Source of the DNA: Pseudomonadota bacterium
Lineage (GTDB): Bacteria > Pseudomonadota > Alphaproteobacteria > Reyranellales > Reyranellaceae
Length of the DNA: 64,000 nt
Direction: 5' to 3'
NCBI GenBank assembly: GCA_020160955.1
Contig: JAIUOX010000009.1
Coordinates: forward strand, 34-64,033
Shown: in pieces, positions 8,955 through 19,235 of the stretch
Layout: the number at the start of each line of letters is the position of its first letter
Position numbering within the stretch: position 1 is the first letter of the stretch
Translations under genes and position numbers: made by a program
Notes under the pieces: model-generated
Seen by the model: only the letters and a program-made list of their open reading frames with translations
The model's database searches: none
What the model was told of the DNA's origin: nothing

Positions 8955-11825
8955 ATGCGCCTGAAGTCCGCTGACATGCGGCCGAGCGGTCCGCCGGTCC
9001 GCTTCCGCTTCGACGGCCGCGAGATCGAGGCCCTGCCGGGCGAGACCATCGCGGCCGCGCTGGCCGCCGCCGGCGTGGTCGCCGTGCGCCAGGCCCGCTC
9101 CGGCGCGCCGCGCGGCCCCTATTGCGGCATGGGCGTCTGCTTCGACTGCCTGGTCACGGTCGACGGCCGGCCGAGCCAGCGCGCCTGCCTGACGCCGGCG
9201 GCCGAGGGCCTCGACGTGCGCTCCGCGCCGGATGGCGACCCGCGCGCCACGGCCGCGCCCCCCGTCGAACCCGCGCCGTCGGCCGAGGAAGTCGACTGCG
9301 ACGTGCTGGTGGTGGGAGCGGGGCCTGCCGGCCTGGCCGCCGCCCGCGGCCTCGCCCTGGCCGGCGCCGACGTCGTCGTGCTGGACGAGCGGCTCTATCC
9401 CGGCGGCCAGTACTACAAGCCGCTGGCGCCCTCGCACGCCGCCGACCCGTCGACGCTCGACCGCCAGTTCCAGGACGGCGCCGTGCTGGTCGAGGCGACC
9501 CGCCGCGCCGGGGCGAAGATCGTGACCGACGCCACGGCCTGGGCGGCCTTCGCCCCGACCGAGGTGGCCGCCCTGGTGTCGGGGCGCTCCGTGCTGTACC
9601 GGCCGAAGCGGCTGGTGCTGGCGACCGGCGCCTACGAGCAGGCGCCGGCGGTGCCGGGCTGGACGCTGCCCGGCGTGATGACGGTGGGCGGCCTGCAGAC
9701 GCTGGCGCGGTCGTACCGCGTGGCGCCGGGCGAGCGCATCGTGATCGCGGGCAACGGGCCGCTCTGCCTGCAGACCGCGGTCGAGTTGATCGACGGCGGC
9801 GCCAACGTCGTCGCGGTGCTCGAGGCCGCGCCGCGGCCCGGCCTCGGACGGTGGGGCGACGTGGCGCGCGCCGCCGCCGCCGACCCGGCGCTGCTGCTCG
9901 ACGGCGCGTCGCTGGTGGCACGGCTCGGCAAGCGCCTGCACTGGAACCGCCGCGTCACGCGGCTGGTCGGCACGGATCGCGTCGCGGCGGTCGAGGCCGG
10001 CAACCTGCGGATCGAAGCCGACGTGGTGGCGCTGAACGTCGGCTTCGCGTCCTCGTCGGAATTGGCGCGGGCGCTCGGCTGCGCCCACCGCTTCGCCGCC
10101 CGCGGGCTGGGCTCGATGGAGACGCTGACCGACGGCGAGGGGCGAACCAGCGTGGCCGGCGTCTACGCGATCGGCGACGGCGCGCGCTTCGGTGGCGCCC
10201 AGGCGGCACGGGCGCAAGGCATGGTCACGGCGGCGGCGATCGCCCGCGACCTCGGGCTGACGGCGGCGCCGGTGCGCGAGGCCGAGCGCACGCTGCGCCG
10301 CGCCGCGCGCTTCCAGGCCGCGCTGTGGTCGCTGTTCGAGGCGCCGGCCGCCGATCCGCGCGCGATGCCCGACGACACCGTGGTCTGCCGCTGCGAGGAG
10401 GTGACGGCCGGCGAGCTGCGCGGCCTCATCGCCAAGGGACACGATTCGCCGGCCGCGCTGAAGCGCGCCTGCCGCGTCGGCATGGGCCGCTGCCAGGGCC
10501 GCTACTGCGCGGCGGCGGTGGCGCGGATGACCACGGAAGAGGTCGGCGAGTTCGGCCTGTTCGCGCCGCGCCCGCCCGCCAAGCCGGTGCCGATCCGGTC
10601 GCTGACCGTCGAGCGGCCCGAGTGGACCGGCCACAAGGACTTCGTGCCGCCCGACATGGCGCGGCCGCGCGAGACCGCACCGCTGCCCGACGAGACGGTC
10701 GACACGCTGGTGATCGGCGGCGGCGTCGCGGGCTCCTGCCTCGCCTACTGGCTGGCGCAGGACGGCGTCGAGGTGATGGTGGTCGAGCGCGACGACATCA
10801 ATCTCCAGGCCTCGGGCGCCAATGCCGGCTCGATGCACGTCCAGCTGCTGGCCTTCGACCATTCGCTCGATCCGCCGCCCGGTCCCAACCGGGCGCTCGA
10901 CACGCTGCCGCTGGGGCCGGTGTCGGTGAAGCTGTGGGAGGACATCCAGCGCGACACCGGCGAGGACCTAGAAATGACGGTGTGCGGCGGGCTGATGCTG
11001 GCCGAGACCGAGCGCGACATCGCCTTCCTGAAGAGCAAGATCGCGGTCGAGCGGGCGCATGGCATCGAGGCCGAGCTGATCGGCGCCAACGAGCTGCGCG
11101 CGCTCGAGCCCTGCATCGGCGACGTCGCGATCGCCGCCGAGTGGTGCCCGGGCGAGGGCAAGATCAACCCGCTGAAGGGGACCTACGCCGTCGTCGGCAA
11201 GGCCAGGGCGATGGGCGCGCGCTTCCGGCGTGGCAGCAACGTGCGGGCGATCGAGCGCGACGGTACGGCGTGGAAGGTGACGACCAGCCGCGGCACGATC
11301 CGCGCCCGCCGCGTCGTCAACACCGCCGGACCCTGGGCGGCCGAGGTCGCACGGATGGTCGGCGTCGACCTGCCGGTGCGCGGCGCGCCCTTGCAGATGG
11401 TGGTGACCGAGCCAACCGCGCCGACGCTGTCGAGGCTGGTCGCCTACGCCCATCGCCATCTGACGCTGAAGCAGATGGGCTCGGGCGCCTTCATGATCGG
11501 CGGCGGCTGGACGGCCGGCCTCGACGAGCAGCAGCGCCTGTCGCGCGCGCTGCGCGGCTCGGTCGAGGGCAACCTGTGGATCGCCAGCCGCGCCGTGCCC
11601 GCGTTGGCCCAGCTCCACGCCGTGCGCATCTGGGCCGGCATGAACGTCAACATCGACCGCGCCCCGATCCTCGGCGAGGTCCCGGGCCTGCCCGGCTTCT
11701 TCAACTGCGTCAGCTCGAACGGCTACACGCTGGCGCCGGTACTGGCGCGCCTGACGGCGGAGATGATCGGCGGGCGCAGCACCAGCCTGGCGGTCGAGCC
11801 GTTCTCGATCCGGCGGTTTGGCTGA
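8955..11825 (+). CDS. Fused 2Fe-2S / FAD-NAD(P) / DAO-type oxidoreductase (opine oxidase, D-hydroxyproline dehydrogenase or HcnABC-like subunits in one chain)
   Basis: CGMGVCFDC...C; GAGPAG and ATG; CRCE...MGRCQGRYC; then a second FAD domain IGGGVAG...ASGANAG; alternative start at 8976. Confidence 0.85.
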   Translation: MRLKSADMRPSGPPVRFRFDGREIEALPGETIAAALAAAGVVAVRQARSGAPRGPYCGMGVCFDCLVTVDGRPSQRACLTPAAEGLDVRSAPDGDPRATAAPPVEPAPSAEEVDCDVLVVGAGPAGLAAARGLALAGADVVVLDERLYPGGQYYKPLAPSHAADPSTLDRQFQDGAVLVEATRRAGAKIVTDATAWAAFAPTEVAALVSGRSVLYRPKRLVLATGAYEQAPAVPGWTLPGVMTVGGLQTLARSYRVAPGERIVIAGNGPLCLQTAVELIDGGANVVAVLEAAPRPGLGRWGDVARAAAADPALLLDGASLVARLGKRLHWNRRVTRLVGTDRVAAVEAGNLRIEADVVALNVGFASSSELARALGCAHRFAARGLGSMETLTDGEGRTSVAGVYAIGDGARFGGAQAARAQGMVTAAAIARDLGLTAAPVREAERTLRRAARFQAALWSLFEAPAADPRAMPDDTVVCRCEEVTAGELRGLIAKGHDSPAALKRACRVGMGRCQGRYCAAAVARMTTEEVGEFGLFAPRPPAKPVPIRSLTVERPEWTGHKDFVPPDMARPRETAPLPDETVDTLVIGGGVAGSCLAYWLAQDGVEVMVVERDDINLQASGANAGSMHVQLLAFDHSLDPPPGPNRALDTLPLGPVSVKLWEDIQRDTGEDLEMTVCGGLMLAETERDIAFLKSKIAVERAHGIEAELIGANELRALEPCIGDVAIAAEWCPGEGKINPLKGTYAVVGKARAMGARFRRGSNVRAIERDGTAWKVTTSRGTIRARRVVNTAGPWAAEVARMVGVDLPVRGAPLQMVVTEPTAPTLSRLVAYAHRHLTLKQMGSGAFMIGGGWTAGLDEQQRLSRALRGSVEGNLWIASRAVPALAQLHAVRIWAGMNVNIDRAPILGEVPGLPGFFNCVSSNGYTLAPVLARLTAEMIGGRSTSLAVEPFSIRRFG

Positions 11826-11830
11826 CGAAG

Positions 11831-11892
11831 GGTCCCTCGCTGCGCTCGGGATGACAAGAAAAGGGCTGTCATCCCGAGCGCAGCGAGGGACC
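11831..11892. repeat. Perfect 26-bp inverted repeat (REP-like, possible bidirectional terminator)
   Basis: GGTCCCTCGCTGCGCTCGGGATGACA-N10-TGTCATCCCGAGCGCAGCGAGGGACC between convergent genes. Confidence 0.85.
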
Positions 11893-11903
11893 TTTCACGT
11901 CGT

Positions 11904-13349
11904 TCAATTAAAGATCGACGGGTCGATCAGCGGCTTGCCGCGCGGCCGCGCCGGCTCGGGGCGGTCGCAGCGCTGGAAGCGGCCGCGGCCGGCCGAGCCG
12001 CTCATGCGGCCTTCCTCCATCACGACCTCGCCGCGCGACAGCGTCATCACCGGGTAGCCGGTCAGCTGCCGACCCTCGTAGGGCGTGTAGTCGCAATTGT
12101 GGTGGAGGATCGAGTTGGTGAGGCTGACCTTGCGCTCGGGATCCCACAGCACGATGTCGGCGTCGGCGCCGACCGCGATGGTGCCCTTGCGCGGGTGCAG
12201 GCCGTAGATCTTCGCGGCGTTGGTCGACGACAGCGCCACGAACTGCTGCAGCGTGATCCGGCCCTTGTTGACGCCCTCGGAGAACAGAAGCGGCAGGCGC
12301 GTCTCGACGCCCGGCACGCCGTTCGGGATCTTGCGGAAGCTCTTGTCGGCGCCGGGCAGCTTCTTGCCGCGCACGTCGTCGTACTTGAAGGCGGCGTGGT
12401 CGGACGACAGCACCGAGAAGGTGTTGGCCGACAGGCCGGTCCAGATGTGCTCCTGGTTGTCGGTGCCGCGCGGCGGCGGCGAGCAGACGCACTTGGCGCC
12501 CTCGTCGCCCGGCTTCTCGAAGTCCTCCTCCGACAGGAACAGGTACTGCGGGCAGGTCTCGCCGTAGACCTTGAGGCCGCGCGCCTGGGCGCGCTGGATC
12601 TCGTGCATCGCCTCCTTGGCCGAGACGTGGACCAGCAGCATCGGCACGTCGAGCAGTTCGGCCAGCGAGATCGCGCGGTGCGTCGCCTCGCGCTCGACCA
12701 CGAAGGGCCGCGACGTGGCGTGGAACTTGGCCGCCGTCATGCCCTTCAGCTCCAGCCGCTCGGTCAGCCAGCCGATGCAGTCCGAGTTCTCGGCGTGGAT
12801 CATCAGCATCGCCTGCTCGCGCCGCGCCGCCGCCAGCGCGTCGAGCATCTCGCGGTCGGAGAGCTTCACGTCGTCGTAGGTCATGTAGACCTTGAACGAG
12901 GTGTAGCCGTCGGCGACCAGCGCCGGGAAGTCCTGGCCCATGATCTTCTCGGACGGGTCGGACAGGATGACGTGGAAGGCGTAGTCGATCAGCGACTTGC
13001 CCTCGGCCCGCTGGTGGTAGCGGTTGACCGCGTCGCGCAGCGACTGGCCCTTCGACTGGTAGGCGAAGGGCAGGATGGTGGTGGTGCCGCCGGCCGCCGC
13101 CGCCCGGCTGCCGCTCTCGAAGTCGTCGCAGAAGACGGAGCCGTCGGCGGTGTCCTGGTCGAAGTGGACATGGGCGTCGATGCCGCCCGGCACGGCGATC
13201 AGCCCGGTCGCGTCGATCTCCTTCCGGCCCTTGTCGAGCCGCTCGCCCAGCGCCACGACCCGCCCGCCGACGATGCCGATGTCGCCCTTCACGACGTCCG
13301 CCGCGGTGGCGATGGTTGTGTTGCGGATCACGAGATCGTAGTCGGCCAT
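11904..13349 (-). CDS. hydA: Dihydropyrimidinase / D-hydantoinase
   Basis: PGGIDAHVH, GGTTTI, SFKVYMTY, HAEN, ETCPQYL, SDHA, PNGVPGVE. Confidence 0.92.
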   Translation of the reverse strand: MADYDLVIRNTTIATAADVVKGDIGIVGGRVVALGERLDKGRKEIDATGLIAVPGGIDAHVHFDQDTADGSVFCDDFESGSRAAAAGGTTTILPFAYQSKGQSLRDAVNRYHQRAEGKSLIDYAFHVILSDPSEKIMGQDFPALVADGYTSFKVYMTYDDVKLSDREMLDALAAARREQAMLMIHAENSDCIGWLTERLELKGMTAAKFHATSRPFVVEREATHRAISLAELLDVPMLLVHVSAKEAMHEIQRAQARGLKVYGETCPQYLFLSEEDFEKPGDEGAKCVCSPPPRGTDNQEHIWTGLSANTFSVLSSDHAAFKYDDVRGKKLPGADKSFRKIPNGVPGVETRLPLLFSEGVNKGRITLQQFVALSSTNAAKIYGLHPRKGTIAVGADADIVLWDPERKVSLTNSILHHNCDYTPYEGRQLTGYPVMTLSRGEVVMEEGRMSGSAGRGRFQRCDRPEPARPRGKPLIDPSIFN

Positions 13350-13375
13350 GTGCTCACTCCCTGGTGCCGCGGGAC

Positions 13376-13391
13376 TGCAAGTCCCGTGCCG
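13376..13391 (-). promoter_or_regulatory. Putative sigma54 promoter of hydA
   Basis: Minus strand CGGCACGGGACTTGCA, close to consensus TGGCACG-N4-TTGCW, about 27 bp upstream of ATG. Confidence 0.65.
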
Positions 13392-13459
13392 CTTCTCCCC
13401 CTCCTAGACCCGCGCCGCCGGGCGGTCCACACTGGCCGCGACTGTCCGAAGGAGCCCCC

Positions 13460-14461
<1,002 letters not shown>

Positions 14462-14471
14462 CGCGGCGCTA

Positions 14472-16019
14472 ATGGCCGTCCCGGCGGCGATCGAGCTTTC
14501 CGGCATCCAGAGGTCGTTCGGCGCCGTGCAGGCCGTGCGCGGGGTCTCGCTCGCCATCGCGCCCGGCACCATCACCGGCATCGTCGGCGAGAACGGCGCC
14601 GGCAAGTCGACGCTGATGAGCATCCTGTACGGCCTGTACCGCGCCGATGCCGGCGAGATCCGGGTCGACGGCCGCGCCGTGCGGATCGACAACCCGCGCG
14701 ACGCCATCGCCCACGGCATCGGCATGGTCCACCAGCACTTCATGCTGGTCGATCCCTTCACGGTGCTGGAGAACCTCGTGCTGGGCGCCGAGGGCGGCCC
14801 GCTCCTCAAGGGCGGCCTGGCGGCGGCGCGGGCCGAGCTGGCGCGGCTGGCCGACGCCTACGGGCTGTCGGTCGATCCCGATGCCCGGGTCGCCGACCTG
14901 TCGGTCGGCGAGCAGCAGCGGGTCGAGATCCTGAAGGTGCTGTTCCGCGGCGCCCGCATCCTGGTGCTCGACGAGCCTTCCGCGGTGCTGACGCCGCAGG
15001 AGACCGAGCAGCTGTTCCGCATCCTGCGCGGCCTGCGCGATCGCGGCGTCACCGTGGTGCTGATCACCCACAAGCTGCGCGAGATCCTGGCGGTCACCGA
15101 CCGGGTCTGCGTGATGCGCCAGGGCGCGATCGTGGCCGAGCGCGACACCGCCGCGACCAGCGCCGACGAGCTGGCCGAGCTGATGGTCGGCCGCAAGGTC
15201 CGGCTGCGGCTCGACAAGGCCGCACCGCGCGTCGGCGCGACGCTGCTCGAGGCGCGCGGCCTGACGCTGGTCGACCGGCGCGGCGTGCGCCTGCTCGACG
15301 GCGTCGACCTGTCGCTGCGTGCCGGCGAGATCGTCGGCGTCGCCGGCGTCACCGGCAACGGCCAGACCGAGCTGCTGCAGGTGCTGGCCGGCATCCGGCC
15401 GCCGACCGGCGGCACGCTCGCCGTGTGCGGCCGCGCCATCGATGCCGCCCATCCCGGCGACCCCGGCGAGATGCGCGCGCTGGGCGTGGCGCACGTGCCG
15501 GAGGACCGGCTGCGCCAGGGCATCGTCGGCGCCTTCGAGGCATCGGAGTCGGCGATCCTCGGCTACCAGGCCGAGCCGCCGTGGTGCCGCCACCACCTGC
15601 TCGACCGGCCGGAGGTCGACCGCCACTGCGCCGAGCTGATGGAGCGCTTCGACGTGCGGCCGCGCACGCCGGGCCTGCTGTCGTCGCATTTCTCGGGCGG
15701 CAACCAGCAGAAGCTGGTGCTGGCGCGCGAGCTGGCGCGGGGCCCCAAGGTGCTGCTGGTCGGCCAGCCGACGCGCGGCGTCGACATCGGTGCCATCGAG
15801 TTCATCCACCGCGAGCTGGTCAAGGCGCGCGACGCCGGCTGCGCCGTGCTGGTCGTGTCGGTCGAGCTCGACGAGATCCTGGCGCTGGCCGACCGCGTCG
15901 TCGTGATGTTCGCCGGCCGGGTCGCCGGCGAGATGCCGGTCGCCGAGGCCAACGAGCGGACGCTGGGACTGATGATGGCCGGGGCGGCAACGGGCGCAGC
16001 AACAGGCGCGGCCGCATGA
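14472..16019 (+). CDS. Nucleoside ABC transporter ATP-binding protein (two NBDs)
   Basis: GENGAGKST, FSGGNQQK, QPTRGVD. Confidence 0.93.
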   Translation: MAVPAAIELSGIQRSFGAVQAVRGVSLAIAPGTITGIVGENGAGKSTLMSILYGLYRADAGEIRVDGRAVRIDNPRDAIAHGIGMVHQHFMLVDPFTVLENLVLGAEGGPLLKGGLAAARAELARLADAYGLSVDPDARVADLSVGEQQRVEILKVLFRGARILVLDEPSAVLTPQETEQLFRILRGLRDRGVTVVLITHKLREILAVTDRVCVMRQGAIVAERDTAATSADELAELMVGRKVRLRLDKAAPRVGATLLEARGLTLVDRRGVRLLDGVDLSLRAGEIVGVAGVTGNGQTELLQVLAGIRPPTGGTLAVCGRAIDAAHPGDPGEMRALGVAHVPEDRLRQGIVGAFEASESAILGYQAEPPWCRHHLLDRPEVDRHCAELMERFDVRPRTPGLLSSHFSGGNQQKLVLARELARGPKVLLVGQPTRGVDIGAIEFIHRELVKARDAGCAVLVVSVELDEILALADRVVVMFAGRVAGEMPVAEANERTLGLMMAGAATGAATGAAA

Positions 16020-17125
16020 AGCCGCTGCCGCGCTGGGCCGAGATCGCGGTGCTGCCGCTGGTCAACATCGCGCTCGCCTTCCTGGTGGTCGGCTTGATCG
16101 TGCGGGTGATCGGCGCCGACCCGGTGCAGGCGCTGCGGCTCCTGGTGACCGGCGCGGTCGGCTCGTCGGAGTCGATCGGCTACACGCTGTACTACGCCAC
16201 CAACTTCATCTTCACCGGGCTGGCGGTGGCGGTCGCCTTCCATGCCGGGCTGTTCAACATCGGCGGCGAGGGCCAGGCCTATATCGGCGGCCTGGGCTGC
16301 GGGCTGGCGATCCTGGCGCTCGACCGCGTGCTGCCGGCGTGGGCGCTGGTCCCGCTCGCCGTCCTCGCCGCGGCGCTGTTCGGCGCGGCGTGGGCGGCGG
16401 TGCCCGCGTGGCTGCAGGCGTGGCGCGGCAGCCACATCGTCATCACCACCATCATGTTCAACTTCCTCGCCTCGGCGCTGATGGTCTACCTGATGGTCAA
16501 CGTGCTGATCGCGCCGGGCTCGATGACGCCGCAGAGCCGCACCTTCACCGCCGCCGGCAAGATACCCTCGATGCAGGAGGCGCTGTCGTGGCTCGGCATC
16601 GCCGTCGCGCCCTCGGCGCTCAACCTGTCGCTGGTGCTGGCGCTGGCCTGCTGCGTCGGCACTTGGATCTTCCTGTGGCACACCCCGTGGGGCTACGCGC
16701 TGCGCACCATGGGCCACAACCCGGAAGCCGCCGTCTATGCCGGCACCAGCCTGCGCCGCACCACGATGCTGGCGATGGCGGTGTCGGGCGGCCTCGCGGG
16801 CTTCGTCGCGGTCAACGAGCTGATGGGCGTGCACCAGCGCATCGTGCTCGATTTCCCGGCCGGCTACGGCTTCGCCGGCATCGCGGTGGCGCTGATGGGG
16901 CGCGGCCACCCGCTCGGCATCCTGCTGGCGGCGCTGCTGTTCGGCGCGCTGCAGCAGGGCGGCGCCGAGCTCGCCTTCGAGATCCCGGCGATCACCCGCG
17001 AGATGACGGTGGTGATCCAGGGCCTGATCATCCTGTTCTCGGGCGCGCTGCTCAACATGCCGCGGCCGTGGCTGCAGCGCCTGCTTTCCCTGTTCCCGGC
17101 GTCGGCCGGCAAGGGAGGGGCCTAG
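16016..17125 (+). CDS. Nucleoside ABC transporter permease
   Basis: ATGA overlap; GLFNIGGEGQ, GYGFAGIAVALMG. Confidence 0.92.
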   Translation: MKPLPRWAEIAVLPLVNIALAFLVVGLIVRVIGADPVQALRLLVTGAVGSSESIGYTLYYATNFIFTGLAVAVAFHAGLFNIGGEGQAYIGGLGCGLAILALDRVLPAWALVPLAVLAAALFGAAWAAVPAWLQAWRGSHIVITTIMFNFLASALMVYLMVNVLIAPGSMTPQSRTFTAAGKIPSMQEALSWLGIAVAPSALNLSLVLALACCVGTWIFLWHTPWGYALRTMGHNPEAAVYAGTSLRRTTMLAMAVSGGLAGFVAVNELMGVHQRIVLDFPAGYGFAGIAVALMGRGHPLGILLAALLFGALQQGGAELAFEIPAITREMTVVIQGLIILFSGALLNMPRPWLQRLLSLFPASAGKGGA

Positions 17126-18046
17126 GTGGAGGAGGCTCTCACCTTCGTCCTGCTGACGCTGGCCGCCACGCTGCGGGTCGCCACGCCGCTGGTGCTGTGC
17201 GCGATGGGTGGCCTTTTCTCCGAGAAGGCCGGCATCATCGATGTCGGGCTGGAAGGCAAGATGCTGGTGGCGGCCTTCGCCGCCGCCGCCACCGCCGCGG
17301 TCGCCGGCTCGGCGTGGGCCGGCGTGGCGGCCGGCATCGCGGCGTCGCTGGTGCTGGCGCTGCTGCACGGCTTCGCCTGCATCACCCATCGCGGCAACCA
17401 GGTGGTGAGCGGCGTCGCGCTGAACATCGTGGCGGCCGGCCTGACCGTCGTGCTGGGCACCGCGTGGTTCAACCGCGGTGGCCAGACGCCGCCGCTCGAC
17501 GGCGCCCAGCGGCTGCGGCCGCTGTTCCTGCCCGAGGCCGGTGACAACATCCTGGTCTATGCCGCGCTGGCCGCGGTGCCGCTGTCGTGGTGGATCGTCG
17601 CGCGCACCCGCTTCGGGCTGCGACTGCGCGCGGTCGGCGAGATGCCGCTGGCGGTCGATGCCGCCGGCATCTCGGTGAACGGCCTGCGCTACCGCGCGGT
17701 GTTGCTGTGCGGCGTGTTCGCGGGCCTCGCCGGCGCCTACCTGTCGATCGGCCAGAACGCCGGCTTCAGTCGCGACATGACGGCGGGGCAGGGCTTCATC
17801 GCGCTGGCCGCCGTGATCTTCGGCAAGTGGCGGCCCGGCCCGACCTTCGGCGCCTGCCTGCTGTTCGGCCTGCTCGACGCCGTGGCGATCCGCCTGCAGG
17901 GCGTCAAGGTGCCGGGGATCGGCGAGGTGCCGGTGCAACTCGTGCAGGCGATGCCGTATCTTCTCACCATCTTCCTGCTGGCCGGCTTCATCGGCCGCGC
18001 CGTGGCGCCGCGCGCCGCGGGCGTGCCCTACGAGAAGGAGCATTGA
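17126..18046 (+). CDS. Nucleoside ABC transporter permease
   Basis: GTG start; SEKAGIIDVGLEG, GQGFIALAAVIFGKW. Confidence 0.92.
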   Translation: MEEALTFVLLTLAATLRVATPLVLCAMGGLFSEKAGIIDVGLEGKMLVAAFAAAATAAVAGSAWAGVAAGIAASLVLALLHGFACITHRGNQVVSGVALNIVAAGLTVVLGTAWFNRGGQTPPLDGAQRLRPLFLPEAGDNILVYAALAAVPLSWWIVARTRFGLRLRAVGEMPLAVDAAGISVNGLRYRAVLLCGVFAGLAGAYLSIGQNAGFSRDMTAGQGFIALAAVIFGKWRPGPTFGACLLFGLLDAVAIRLQGVKVPGIGEVPVQLVQAMPYLLTIFLLAGFIGRAVAPRAAGVPYEKEH

Positions 18047-18441
18047 TGGACGACCTGCTCGGCCTGGCGCGTCGCCTGATGCTGCGCGCCCACGCGCCCT
18101 ACTCGAAGTTCCACGTCGGCGCCGCGCTGCGCGCCGCCGACGGCTCGCTCCACGGCGGCTGCAACGTCGAGAACGCGGCCTACCCGCAGGGCCTCTGCGC
18201 CGAGGCCGGCGCGATCGCCGCGATGGTGGCGGCGGGCCAGCGCCGCATCGTCGAATGCGTCGTGGTCGGGCCGGGCCCCGAGGTCATCACGCCGTGCGGC
18301 GGCTGCCGCCAGAAGTTGCGCGAGTTCGCGTCCGACGACCTGCCCATTCACCTGTGCGGGCCGGACGGGCTGCACCGCACCGTGACGCTGGGCCAGCTGT
18401 TGCCGCTGTCGTTCGGACCCTCCCACCTGGAGACGCCATGA
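18046..18441 (+). CDS. cdd: Cytidine deaminase
   Basis: APYSKFHVGAA, GCNVEN, CAE and PCGGCRQ zinc motifs; TGATG coupling. Confidence 0.95.
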   Translation: MDDLLGLARRLMLRAHAPYSKFHVGAALRAADGSLHGGCNVENAAYPQGLCAEAGAIAAMVAAGQRRIVECVVVGPGPEVITPCGGCRQKLREFASDDLPIHLCGPDGLHRTVTLGQLLPLSFGPSHLETP

Positions 18442-19229
18442 GTTCGGTCATCGTCGAGCGGGCCGGCGGCTTCAGGCCGCGCGTCGGGGTGGTGCTGGGC
18501 TCCGGCCTCGGCGCCTTCGCCGACGAGGTCGCGGCGGTCGCCACCATTCCCTACGCCGAGCTCGCGGGCTTCCCGGCGACCACGGTCGGCAGCCATGCCG
18601 GCCGACTGGTGCTGGGCACGGTCGGGCCGACGCCGGTCGCCGTGCTGCAGGGCCGGGCGCACTACTACGAGCGCGGCCGGATCGACGAGATGGCGGTGCC
18701 GGTCCGCGCCCTCGCCGCGGCGGGCTGCGAGGCGGTGCTGCTGACCAACGCCGCCGGCAGCCTGCGGCTCGACATGCCGCCGGGCTCGGTCATGGCGATC
18801 AGCGACCACGTGAACTTCACCGGCCAGAACCCGCTGTTCGGCATCCAGGGCGACGGCCGCTTCGTCGACATGGTCGACGCCTACGATCCCGCCCTGCGCC
18901 GCCAGCTGATGGACGCCGCGCGCGCCGCCGACGTGCGTTGCCACGAGGGCGTCTACGTCTTCTTCAGCGGCCCGAGCTTCGAGACGCCGGCCGAGATCGC
19001 CGCCGCGCGCGTGCTGGGCGCCGACGCGGTCGGCATGTCGACCGTGCCCGAGACGATCCTGGCGCGGCATGCCGGGATGAAGGTCGCGGCGCTGTCGCTG
19101 ATGACCAACTACGCCGCCGGGCTGGTGCCCGGCGCGCTGGCGCACGAGCAGACGCTGGCGGTCGCCGGCGAGGCATCGGCGGGCGTGCGTCGGCTGCTGC
19201 GCCGCTTCCTCGAGGCCTTCGCGGCGTGA
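18438..19229 (+). CDS. punA: Purine nucleoside phosphorylase (trimeric type)
   Basis: VLGSGLG, QGRAHYYE, LTNAAGS, GPSFETPAE, VGMSTVPE. Confidence 0.93.
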   Translation: MSSVIVERAGGFRPRVGVVLGSGLGAFADEVAAVATIPYAELAGFPATTVGSHAGRLVLGTVGPTPVAVLQGRAHYYERGRIDEMAVPVRALAAAGCEAVLLTNAAGSLRLDMPPGSVMAISDHVNFTGQNPLFGIQGDGRFVDMVDAYDPALRRQLMDAARAADVRCHEGVYVFFSGPSFETPAEIAAARVLGADAVGMSTVPETILARHAGMKVAALSLMTNYAAGLVPGALAHEQTLAVAGEASAGVRRLLRRFLEAFAA

Positions 19230-19235
19230 GCCGCT

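Noticed and set aside
11831-11892. Repeat considered as CRISPR array or IS ends
   Set aside because: Single inverted pair; no spacers, cas genes or transposase
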